IMG/VR virus record: IMGVR_UViG_3300031949_001709
Span: 1 to 41,648 of that record
Length of the DNA stretch: 41,648 nucleotides
Strand: one strand, 5' to 3'
Source of the DNA: a virus
Lineage: Duplodnaviria > Caudoviricetes
Part shown: in pieces, positions 7,130 to 14,609 of the stretch
Position numbering within the stretch: position 1 is the stretch's first letter
How the letters are laid out: each line of letters opens with the position of its first letter
Notes under the pieces: model-generated
What the model was told of the DNA's origin: nothing
The model's database searches: none
The model's input: the letters and a program-made list of their open reading frames with translations, nothing else
Translations under genes and position numbers: made by a program

Positions 7130-7406
7130 AACTACGCGAACAACGATTGAAAAGATCGTGAAGAAGGAAGAGCACGAGGCGCGGGTAAGGGCGGCCCTGG
7201 ACAGATTCGCCTGGACTTTGAATTTTGGACCGCCGACAGACGAGGAACTTGAGGCCGCCTACGGCCCCGGCAGGTTGGAGGCGGCTCCTCCGCGTGATTT
7301 TGTGCGTCTGCTTATTTGGCAAGAACTAGCCCGCAACGGCGTTGTCACCCTGTTCACGGCGAACTGGATGCAAGTGGTTGGGATATATACGGAGGAGCAG
7401 GAGTGA
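7122..7406 (+). CDS. Hypothetical phage protein
   Basis: 94-aa ORF overlapping the upstream stop. Confidence 0.5.
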   Translation: MVKTTRTTIEKIVKKEEHEARVRAALDRFAWTLNFGPPTDEELEAAYGPGRLEAAPPRDFVRLLIWQELARNGVVTLFTANWMQVVGIYTEEQE

Positions 7407-7446
7407 AGGGGATAATTCCCACTTGACAATCCGGGGGGGTTCTGTT

Positions 7447-8232
7447 TTGGCTCGGCAGCGGATCATCCATCCGAACTTCTTCACGAACCCGGAACTCGCC
7501 GAGTTACCGATGGCTGCCAGGCTTCTATTCATCGCGCTGTGGACGCTGGCGGACAATGAGGGGCGCCTTGAAGACTCTCCGGCTCGGATTCGGCTCGCGT
7601 CACTCCCCTATGACCAAGAGGACATCGACGCTCTTCTGGTCACTCTCGCCACGGCCGGCTTCATCGTTCGATACGCCGTCGATGGCAGAAAGTTCCTCGA
7701 AGTGACGAACTTCAAGCGATTCCAGCACCCACATCCGAATGAGGCTAAAAGCGTAATCCCTGCAAGCACTTCTGACAATGTAATTGCAAGCAATGTAATT
7801 CTGCCGGATCTCAAGCCTTCGGTAGTCATGCCTTCGGATCTCAAGCCTTCGGTAAAAACTCCTTTGTCCGTTTCGCCTTCGGCGAAGCCGGACGTGGGCT
7901 GGTGGGTTTCACTTCACAACGAGTTCGCCACGAAGAACGGGTGGCCCACGATGCGCCCACCGAAGGGGGCTCGGTTGGTGAAGCTTCGGGCACGGCTGCG
8001 CGAGACGCCCGACCCGGGGACGTGGCGGGAGGTATACGGCCGGGTTGAGAACTGGACATGGCTCCGGGATACGAAGTGCAACGGCTGGCGGCCGAATGCG
8101 GCCTTCATGCTCAGGCCGGACACGGTGGACCGAGCTTTGGAGGGAGACTTCGGGGGTGGCAAGAGCCAAGCTCTGACCGAGGTGGATGCAATCTTCAAGC
8201 GGGTGGATAAACTCGCCGCGAGAGAATCGTGA
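7447..8232 (+). CDS. Phage replication initiator / replisome organizer
   Basis: TTG start, ARQRIIHPNFFTN...ARLLFIALWTLADNEGR...NFKRFQHP N-terminal domain; C-terminal GWRPNAAFMLRP...LEGDF; internal iterons. Confidence 0.85.
   Translation: MARQRIIHPNFFTNPELAELPMAARLLFIALWTLADNEGRLEDSPARIRLASLPYDQEDIDALLVTLATAGFIVRYAVDGRKFLEVTNFKRFQHPHPNEAKSVIPASTSDNVIASNVILPDLKPSVVMPSDLKPSVKTPLSVSPSAKPDVGWWVSLHNEFATKNGWPTMRPPKGARLVKLRARLRETPDPGTWREVYGRVENWTWLRDTKCNGWRPNAAFMLRPDTVDRALEGDFGGGKSQALTEVDAIFKRVDKLAARES
7761..7882. repeat. Probable replication origin iterons inside the initiator gene
   Basis: CAATGTAATT at 7776 and 7791; CGGATCTCAAGCCTTCGGTA at 7805 and 7835; GCCTTCGG at 7815, 7830, 7845, 7875. Confidence 0.75.
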
Positions 8233-8705
8233 AGCAAATCGACCCGAGACCATATTGCGCGGAACTACCAATGCCGGAGGATCTGCACAACATCGCGTCC
8301 GCCGCGATGGCGGGGAGCCTGTCGCTCGAAGAGACGCGAGCGGCGACCTACCGAGCCGTCTTCGCAGATACGAAAGGCTATGGGCCGAGTCTGTGCCCAA
8401 CGAAACCGCATCAGGCACCGCGTCCGATTCAGGATTACGACGAGGCCGATGAAATGTTCACTGAGCGCGTGAAGGACTGGGAGGCACAATACAAGCGGCA
8501 GGTGAAGGCGTGGGAAGGGTTTTGCCAGGACATCAAGGTGAACAACCGATCGCGCTTGGACTTCGCCCTGGAAGCATACGCCTGGGCCGTCTCGTGCCGG
8601 GAGTGGGAACTTGCTCACCAGATAGGCGGGCTGCTCGTCACGTCCTACGGGCAGCGCTTGCCGGATGAGGACCGCCGCCTCGCCAGCGCCTACGGAGGTT
8701 TCTGA
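8229..8705 (+). CDS. Hypothetical protein in the helicase-loader position
   Basis: GTGA coupling to the initiator; no recognisable motif. Confidence 0.6.
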   Translation: MKQIDPRPYCAELPMPEDLHNIASAAMAGSLSLEETRAATYRAVFADTKGYGPSLCPTKPHQAPRPIQDYDEADEMFTERVKDWEAQYKRQVKAWEGFCQDIKVNNRSRLDFALEAYAWAVSCREWELAHQIGGLLVTSYGQRLPDEDRRLASAYGGF

Positions 8706-9061
8706 TGCCGATTGGCGTGCCGCTCACCGAAGCGGAGAAGCGTGAGATCGCCCGGCTGATCGGCACGGGGCTGACGCGCGCGGAAGTAGTCCGGCGCACG
8801 GGCCGCTCGTTTACGGTGGTCAAGCGAGCACTCGCGTACCCGGGGCCGCCGAAGGCGTGTGGAGTGAAACGTGGCACCGTGGGGCGCCCGAAGGAGGCCG
8901 AAGCGGCGTCATCGGCTGATCTCCGCGCCGCCGGCCTGCGCGAGGAGCCGCACCTCGTTGCGTGCCCGGCCACGGTTGTGACGAAGCGAGGGCGGGAGGT
9001 GTGCCCGGCCTGCGGCGGCAGGGCGTACCTGCGGCCTGAGCGGGCGAGGAGGCGGGCGTGA
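8705..9061 (+). CDS. Helix-turn-helix protein with C-terminal CxxC
   Basis: LTEAEKREIARLIGTGLTRAEVVRRTGRSFTVVKR; CPAC. Confidence 0.7.
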   Translation: MPIGVPLTEAEKREIARLIGTGLTRAEVVRRTGRSFTVVKRALAYPGPPKACGVKRGTVGRPKEAEAASSADLRAAGLREEPHLVACPATVVTKRGREVCPACGGRAYLRPERARRRA

Positions 9062-9567
9062 ACGTCCAGACCGTCGTGGCCTTCACCGTCCTGGGTCGCC
9101 CCGTGCCGCTGGACCGCCCGCGGATCTGGCAGGGCCGGAACGTCACGACGCAGCGGTGCCGGGATGCGAAGCGAGCCGTCGGCACGGCCGCCCTTGCCGT
9201 CGCGTTGCGCGGGAGACAGGGCCTTTGGTCCGGCCCTGTTCGCCTCGAATGCACGTTCGTCTTCGCCGCCCCGAAGTCCTGGCCGGCGTGGAGACGGGCG
9301 CTTGTCGCCGGTGGTGTGCTGGTCCCGCACACGGCGCGCCCAGACACTTCGAACCTGGTGAAACTCGTCGAGGACGCGCTGTCCGGCGTGCTCTACCGGG
9401 ACGACGCCCAGGTCTGTGACTACGGGGTGACGCTCAAGGTCTACGGCCCGAGAGACGAGACGCGGGTTCGGGTGACGCTGCTCCCACGGACAACGGACTC
9501 GGGAAGCCTCCGAGAGTGCCCCTGTGGAAGCGTAGGGAGCCGCTGGCTGCGTTTTACCGGCTCGTGA
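9058..9567 (+). CDS. rusA: RusA-family Holliday junction resolvase
   Basis: GRPVP..RPR, RPDTSNLVKLVEDALSGVLYRDDAQV. Confidence 0.9.
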   Translation: MNVQTVVAFTVLGRPVPLDRPRIWQGRNVTTQRCRDAKRAVGTAALAVALRGRQGLWSGPVRLECTFVFAAPKSWPAWRRALVAGGVLVPHTARPDTSNLVKLVEDALSGVLYRDDAQVCDYGVTLKVYGPRDETRVRVTLLPRTTDSGSLRECPCGSVGSRWLRFTGS

Positions 9568-9639
9568 ATACTCAGGGACGCTGAAACGAGCCAGTGAGCA
9601 GCCAGGGCCATCAGAAGCGATTTTCGAGGAGAGTGGACC

Positions 9640-9918
9640 ATGAGCCAGGAGAAGAAGCCCCTGGCCGGGGCGATGAGGGCGGCTGAAGTTCTTGCTCAGT
9701 ACGAAGCCGATCATAGCTGGCCGGAAGCGCCGAGGCCAAAAAACTCTAAGCGTGCCAGAATCATCGAACGCGAGAGCGGGCTACGGGAACTCATAGAGAC
9801 GGCGGAGGCTTATCTACGCGCCGATAGAATGCAACGAATGGGAACTTTTAGCATAACGCTTCTTGATGCCGCCGATGCAAAGTTTCAAGCCGCACTCAAG
9901 CGTGTGAGGGAGCCATGA
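9640..9918 (+). CDS. Hypothetical phage protein
   Basis: GGAG RBS; 92 aa, helical. Confidence 0.6.
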   Translation: MSQEKKPLAGAMRAAEVLAQYEADHSWPEAPRPKNSKRARIIERESGLRELIETAEAYLRADRMQRMGTFSITLLDAADAKFQAALKRVREP

Positions 9919-10064
9919 AGAAGGAAAAGGAAGATGTTGTTTTCAAGCCCCTGGAGAAAACCCCCTACGAGGAAGCAACCGAAACTGCGTCAAAGTGCGA
10001 GGTCGGCTGGCACCCGATCCACGCCCATATGCACGCTGGGGAAAGTGGGTACTTCAAAAAGTGA
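9915..10064 (+). CDS. 49-aa hypothetical protein (not in ORF track)
   Basis: ATGA coupling; MKKEKEDVVF...HAHMHAGESGYFKK. Confidence 0.45.
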   Translation: MKKEKEDVVFKPLEKTPYEEATETASKCEVGWHPIHAHMHAGESGYFKK

Positions 10065-10071
10065 GGGAACC

Positions 10072-10233
10072 GTGAAGAGGAAAGTGTGTCCTCATGGGCT
10101 TCGGAAGTGGAGACGTCCTCCAAGCATGGCGTTCGCTGGGGCCGTTGAAAAATGCACATGCTGCGGGCGATACTTTGGGCATTTTGGAGACGGCTACAAG
10201 GAGCCATGTCCTGAGTGCCGGAGACTGCCGTGA
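10072..10233 (+). CDS. Small zinc-finger protein
   Basis: GTG start after GAGGG; CPH, CTCC, CPEC. Confidence 0.5.
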   Translation: MKRKVCPHGLRKWRRPPSMAFAGAVEKCTCCGRYFGHFGDGYKEPCPECRRLP

Positions 10234-10259
10234 AGATCATCCTGCTGCTCGTCTTGCTT

Positions 10260-10763
10260 CTACCTCCACTTCTCCCGAAACTCCTCGATGACCTCTTCCG
10301 GGCTCAGGTTGAGGTAGTGCTGAGTCGTGGCGATGCTCTGGTGGCCGAGCAGGAGTTGGAGGGTGCGCAGGCCGATGCCTCGCTTCAGGCATTTGACGGC
10401 GAACGTGTGGCGTAGCCTGTGGGGGAAAACGCCGGCAATCCCCGCCCGCTCTGCCGCGACCGCGACGGCCCGGTTGACGGCAATCATCGGGGCTCTGAGG
10501 CGGGGCAGGGAGAGCCAGAGCCGGAGGGCCTGCTCGGCGGCCGGCGACAGCGGAATGACCCGGCGCTTGTCGCCCTTGCCGACCACGCGCAGGCGGTTTT
10601 CGGCCCAATCGACTTGCTCCTCGGTGATGGAGCAGAGCTCGGCACGCCTGAGGCCCGTTTCGAGCAGGACGCCGATAGCGGCGCGCTCGAAGTCCGTGGC
10701 GCACGCGGCCAGGAGGCGCTCGGGCTCGCCGTTGCGAAGGGGTTCGCGGCGGAATTCTCTCAA
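10260..10763 (-). CDS. Minimal tyrosine recombinase (catalytic domain only)
   Basis: TGLRRAEL (R), GKGDKRR (K), HRLRHTFA (HxxR), LLGH (H), TTQHY (Y) all present in 167 aa; TTG start overlaps the upstream stop. Confidence 0.9.
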   Translation of the reverse strand: MREFRREPLRNGEPERLLAACATDFERAAIGVLLETGLRRAELCSITEEQVDWAENRLRVVGKGDKRRVIPLSPAAEQALRLWLSLPRLRAPMIAVNRAVAVAAERAGIAGVFPHRLRHTFAVKCLKRGIGLRTLQLLLGHQSIATTQHYLNLSPEEVIEEFREKWR

Positions 10764-11029
10764 GTGGCCTCCGGTTCGTACTTTGCTTTCAGCCGAGCCA
10801 GTTCTTCCAATTCCTTTTTGCGTTCCCTCTTCTCTCTGTCTTCACGATCCAATTCGTAAATCTGTGCTTTATAGCGGGCTAGAGCATCATCCCATGCCCC
10901 ACTAAAGAACTCTTTAATTCGGTTATCCACACCATCATTATCCGGCCAGTAATTAATCCACATCTCGTGTTCGTAAATCTTTCCGTGAATACTCATGTAT
11001 AACTTGATGGTTGCGCGATGATCACCCAT
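10760..11029 (-). CDS. Hypothetical protein with C-terminal coiled coil, coupled to the recombinase
   Basis: GGAG RBS 6 nt before ATG 11029; low GC; EKRERKKELEELARLKAKYE. Confidence 0.7.
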   Translation of the reverse strand: MGDHRATIKLYMSIHGKIYEHEMWINYWPDNDGVDNRIKEFFSGAWDDALARYKAQIYELDREDREKRERKKELEELARLKAKYEPEAT

Positions 11030-11160
11030 TAGCATCTCCAACGCGCGCGCCGCCGCGGAGTGGCTCGCGCTTATATTCTTTTATCCAAGCACCTTCCCTT
11101 CAGGGGCGTGGGTTGAGCACTCACGGATCGGCCCGCATCACCTGTTGTAGCTTTAGGTGG

Positions 11161-11189
11161 AGTATCGGACATTTTGGAATGTTAGTCAA
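11161..11189 (-). promoter_or_regulatory. Sigma70-type promoter for the recombinase operon, with an operator-like palindrome in the spacer
   Basis: TTGACT-N17-GATACT on the minus strand; ACATT-TTGG-AATGT in the spacer. Confidence 0.7.
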
Positions 11190-11243
11190 TGGAAAAAATA
11201 GTACGCAGGCGAAGTGTCACGCAACATTCGCCAAAATTTCGCA

Positions 11244-11259
11244 TGTTCCACGTGGAACT
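11244..11259. promoter_or_regulatory. parS: parS-like centromere palindrome
   Basis: TGTTCCACGTGGAACT, 15/16 to the chromosomal parS palindrome TGTTCCACGTGGAACA; intergenic. Confidence 0.75.
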
Positions 11260-11371
11260 GGGGGTGCTGGGATATGGGCCGCTAGAAGATCGGCCAACAG
11301 GGGCGAACCTCGAGGGCCTGGACCAGGCGATTTTGGTTGACAACGGATTATGGGGCTGGTAGAGCGATGAA

Positions 11372-11989
11372 ATGGCTTGCCCGCAGTGTGATAAGGCCAC
11401 GATAAGGCAGTCCTACTGCTCCGCTTTCTGCAAAAGCAGACACAAGAGCTACCCGTGGAAATCCTCGAAAAGATGGAGTCATGCGGAACGCATGCCTCAC
11501 CAGGACCCGCTCCCGCGGTCCTACAGACCGTGCGGGTCGTGGGGCCGCGGAACTCAGCCGATTGTGAAGGGCCTGGTAGCCAAGAGAAAATTCGCCGAGA
11601 GGCTGGTCTCGAACATGAACCCGGCGCAACTGGCGCTGTGGACCTGGTTATCGGCCAAGCAGCTCGGAGTGAGGTTCAAGCCGGAAGTTGTGATGCGTGG
11701 CTGGATCCTGGATTTCTACTGCCCTGAGAGAAAACTGGCGGTAGAAGTTGACGGCGGATACCACCGCGAAAAGGACCAGCGTAGCAAGGACCGGCTGAGA
11801 GACAAGGTTCTTGAGGAAAAGTGCGGCATTTTGACGCTTAGAGTGACGGCAGATGAAGTGCAGCAAAATCCGCAGGAAGTAGTGAAGCAGATACGGCAAG
11901 CCCTACTGGGCAGGACTCGGAGCGCCGGCCTCCCCAGTAAGCGCAGAGAAGAAAGAGCGCCTCGCCAAGAGGCGCACTCAACTCTGTAA
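11372..11989 (+). CDS. DUF559/Vsr-like endonuclease with N-terminal zinc finger
   Basis: LWTWL...F..E...GWILDFYC....LAVEVDGGYH......D..RD; N-terminal CPQC...YCSAFC. Confidence 0.8.
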   Translation: MACPQCDKATIRQSYCSAFCKSRHKSYPWKSSKRWSHAERMPHQDPLPRSYRPCGSWGRGTQPIVKGLVAKRKFAERLVSNMNPAQLALWTWLSAKQLGVRFKPEVVMRGWILDFYCPERKLAVEVDGGYHREKDQRSKDRLRDKVLEEKCGILTLRVTADEVQQNPQEVVKQIRQALLGRTRSAGLPSKRREERAPRQEAHSTL

Positions 11990-12690
11990 GCGGGCCATCT
12001 CTCCAATCGCCTTCGTGGGGGAAGGGAAAACCTACGGAAAGGGTTGGGGCGAACTGCGCCTCGAACTAGCCTCGCAATCACCACCGTCAACTCCTCGATA
12101 CAACCAGGTTGACAATGGGCCGAAGGCTGATGTAGAGCCTCAAGCGCTGGATATCGGCTCGTCAACCTGACGCTGAAATAAAAGTTGACAATCTCCTTGA
12201 CTTGCTCCATGACACCATGCTGAAATCAGCATGCTTAAAACAGCACTATCTTCACCAGACCGGAGTCTGGCTGAAGGTGGAGTGTCAAAAAATTGACTGA
12301 ACCAGTGAGTGGATGACAACTCATCACCGTGCCCAATTCACTTTTGCAGGTCTCATCGGTTTCTGGGCGCTCCGAGGCTCAGCGCATCCGACGCCGGTTG
12401 GGCTGAACGTAGCGTCACAGAAGAAGCCTTCTGTAACACGCATGCTCAAGTGAGCGCAAGCATTGAGGATATCATGCTCGTATGTCAGTCAAGACATAGT
12501 GTGGCGGCTCGAAACGAGGTACGGAGGCATGGAGGGACCACCCCCCTCCATCGTCATCCGGGTCCCCTCCCACCCACCCACACGCGACCAAAGTCCCCCC
12601 CCTCTCGAATCCCTTCCGGTTCATGGACGGGATCTAGCGGGGTTGCGGTACGCCCGAGCGAGGAGTTGATGGGCGGTTAGGAGGTTTTGG
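11990..12690. other. Non-coding early/late switch region, candidate late promoter and packaging-initiation region
   Basis: No convincing ORF; several TTGACA/TTGACT hexamers, palindromes and hairpins; C-rich tract 12540-12615 followed by G-rich sequence; lies upstream of the terminase operon. Confidence 0.5.
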
Positions 12691-12987
12691 ATGGTCCCGG
12701 TCAAGAAGTCGCGAAAATCGTGTCCGAAGCGGCTTGTGATGGTGACGTGGGACGACGCGCATGGGTTCACGTCTCGCTGGCAGGATGTGAACTCGGTAAA
12801 GGTCGAGAGGTGCCGGATTCGCACGGTTGGGTGGCTGGTTAATCAGACGCAGCGGAGCGTGACGGTTGCGGCGGCAGTTGGAGGATTGTCCACACAGGAT
12901 ACTGATGCCAGTGGGTGTATGACCATTCCTCGCGGCTGTATCGTTCGGATCAAGCGGCTCGGAGAGAAGTGTGTGCACAACCGGTAG
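12691..12987 (+). CDS. Conserved phage hypothetical protein
   Basis: AGGAGG RBS; V.VTWDDA...C...TVGWL...IPRGCI pattern common in phage small beta proteins. Confidence 0.7.
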   Translation: MVPVKKSRKSCPKRLVMVTWDDAHGFTSRWQDVNSVKVERCRIRTVGWLVNQTQRSVTVAAAVGGLSTQDTDASGCMTIPRGCIVRIKRLGEKCVHNR

Positions 12988-12993
12988 GAGATT

Positions 12994-13278
12994 TTGATGC
13001 CGCTCGAGTTTGACGAGGAAGAAGTCCTGAGGGGTGGGCCGGACGGTGAGGCTGCGGATCCGTTCGGGTATCAGACGCTTGGAGTGAAGGTGTACCTGCG
13101 CGGGCGCGACTTCGGGGAGTACGCGTATGTGGAGTGGTCCTCCATGACGCCGAAGGAGGAAGCAGCGGCTGTGGAGGAGTTGAGGGAGAAGGCACGAGCG
13201 CAGGCGGTGGAGATGATCCGCTGGGCTCGGCAGGACTTCGGAGAGGAGAACGAGGCGGTGATTCGGGGGGGTGGGTGA
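12994..13278 (+). CDS. Hypothetical acidic protein
   Basis: AGGAG RBS; TGATG coupling to the next ORF. Confidence 0.6.
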   Translation: MMPLEFDEEEVLRGGPDGEAADPFGYQTLGVKVYLRGRDFGEYAYVEWSSMTPKEEAAAVEELREKARAQAVEMIRWARQDFGEENEAVIRGGG

Positions 13279-14036
13279 TGATGACGAATGCTCTTCATGA
13301 GTGTGTGTTCCCGGATCATCCGGAATGTTCCCACAAGCATCATTACGGACCACTCGACTTGTTTACGGTCCCAGGTTTGTTCGAGCGGTGCACACACAAA
13401 CTGGAGGTAACGATGGACAGAGCAGAAGTGGCGGTGACGATTCCCCTTCCGAAGCCGGTTCAGGCCTTCAGGAAGTCTTCCATCAACGAAGCGGCGCTCG
13501 TAAACTACGTAGCGCTGGCGGAGGAGCTTGGGCTCAAGAACAGGGCGCTCGATGAGGTAAGGATCAAACAGATCCTCGCGGCCGAGGACATCCTGATCTA
13601 CCCGGAACCGCAGGTGGCCGATTTTCTCCGCGCCCACGCGAAGAAGGAACTCGGCCCGAACGGAACGTGGGTTTGGAAGCCGCTGTTCGAGGAGAAGCGC
13701 GACGCCGAGGTCAACCGATCTCGAAACGTTCTGATGCAGCAGCAGGCGGGGTTCACGCCGACGGTGTGGTTAGTGTCTGGTGGCCCGCCTACCTCCGCCA
13801 TGTACGAGGGCGAGCGGAAGCTGAGCGTGTACGAGAAGCCCGTTCCGATGTCGGCCCTGCTGCTGGTGAAGAAGATCCGCGCGCTCATTCCGACGGCGGA
13901 TTTCTACGTCTCAGACTACGCCGTACTGAACCCGGACCCGTTCCTGATGTTCACCGTGAACGGCGGCCCCGTGTACATCGTTGCTCACTGGGACGAGCCG
14001 GAGTTCGACCTGACGGCGAGTCTGCTCAAGAGGTGA
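13278..14036 (+). CDS. Hypothetical phage protein (alternative in-frame start at 13413)
   Basis: ATG 13278 coupled to the upstream stop; GGAGGT RBS before ATG 13413; C-terminal DPFL...HWDEP.F motif. Confidence 0.7.
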   Translation: MMTNALHECVFPDHPECSHKHHYGPLDLFTVPGLFERCTHKLEVTMDRAEVAVTIPLPKPVQAFRKSSINEAALVNYVALAEELGLKNRALDEVRIKQILAAEDILIYPEPQVADFLRAHAKKELGPNGTWVWKPLFEEKRDAEVNRSRNVLMQQQAGFTPTVWLVSGGPPTSAMYEGERKLSVYEKPVPMSALLLVKKIRALIPTADFYVSDYAVLNPDPFLMFTVNGGPVYIVAHWDEPEFDLTASLLKR

Positions 14037-14039
14037 GCG

Positions 14040-14609
14040 GTGGGGAGACTTCGCGGGATGAAGGCGGGGCGGCTTCCTGCGCGGCTGCGTGACGGCAGTA
14101 TCACGCCCGATCGCTACGAGTATTTCAACACGTCGCTGAAGTCGATGGAGCCGGCCGAGCGGCTGAAGATGTTCATGGATGCGGTGGGATTGAAGTCGCT
14201 TGAGCTGATTGCGGAGGTCATTCACCGAGGCACGATCGGCGGGAAGTCCATAGCGACGCGCAACCGTCTCGCCACGGCTCAGTGGGTGGCGGACTTCCAC
14301 TTCTCGGAGAGGGCGGCGCCGGAATCGAGTCGGGTGAAGGAGCGGACGTTTGACGATTATCACCGAAAAAAGCAGAGCGGCTTTGCAGCGGAGCTACGAG
14401 AAACGCTGGATCGGGGCGCGCCGGTTGTGGGTGGAGAGGTGCGAGAGCAGCCAGGATGCCCGGGTGGCGGTTCGGGAGATTTGCCGGACGAGCCTGGAAG
14501 CGTTCGTGAATCTGATGGTCTGGACGCTGGACCCGAGGCCGAAAGCGAAATCGGGGAGGGGACCGATGATCCTGTGGCCCTTCCAGGTGGACCTGCTCCG
14601 GCGGATTGA
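14040..14609 (+). CDS. terS: Probable terminase small subunit
   Basis: Position before TerL; helical core with RLATAQWVAD; last 260 nt overlap TerL in another frame. Confidence 0.55.
   Translation: MGRLRGMKAGRLPARLRDGSITPDRYEYFNTSLKSMEPAERLKMFMDAVGLKSLELIAEVIHRGTIGGKSIATRNRLATAQWVADFHFSERAAPESSRVKERTFDDYHRKKQSGFAAELRETLDRGAPVVGGEVREQPGCPGGGSGDLPDEPGSVRESDGLDAGPEAESEIGEGTDDPVALPGGPAPAD

Noticed and set aside
10260-10763. The prophage integrase
   Set aside because: Lacks N-terminal DNA-binding domains and lies far from the att site; the true integrase is probably left of the window, though this cannot be confirmed here
11063-11091. dif-like 11-6-11 recombination site near the recombinase
   Set aside because: Arms are poorly symmetric and lack the inner TAA/TTA signature
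14364-14372. A-AAA-AAG slippery heptamer in the TerS frame as a route to a TerS-TerL fusion
   Set aside because: A -1 shift enters the third frame, which stops after about 45 codons; TerL is in the +1 frame
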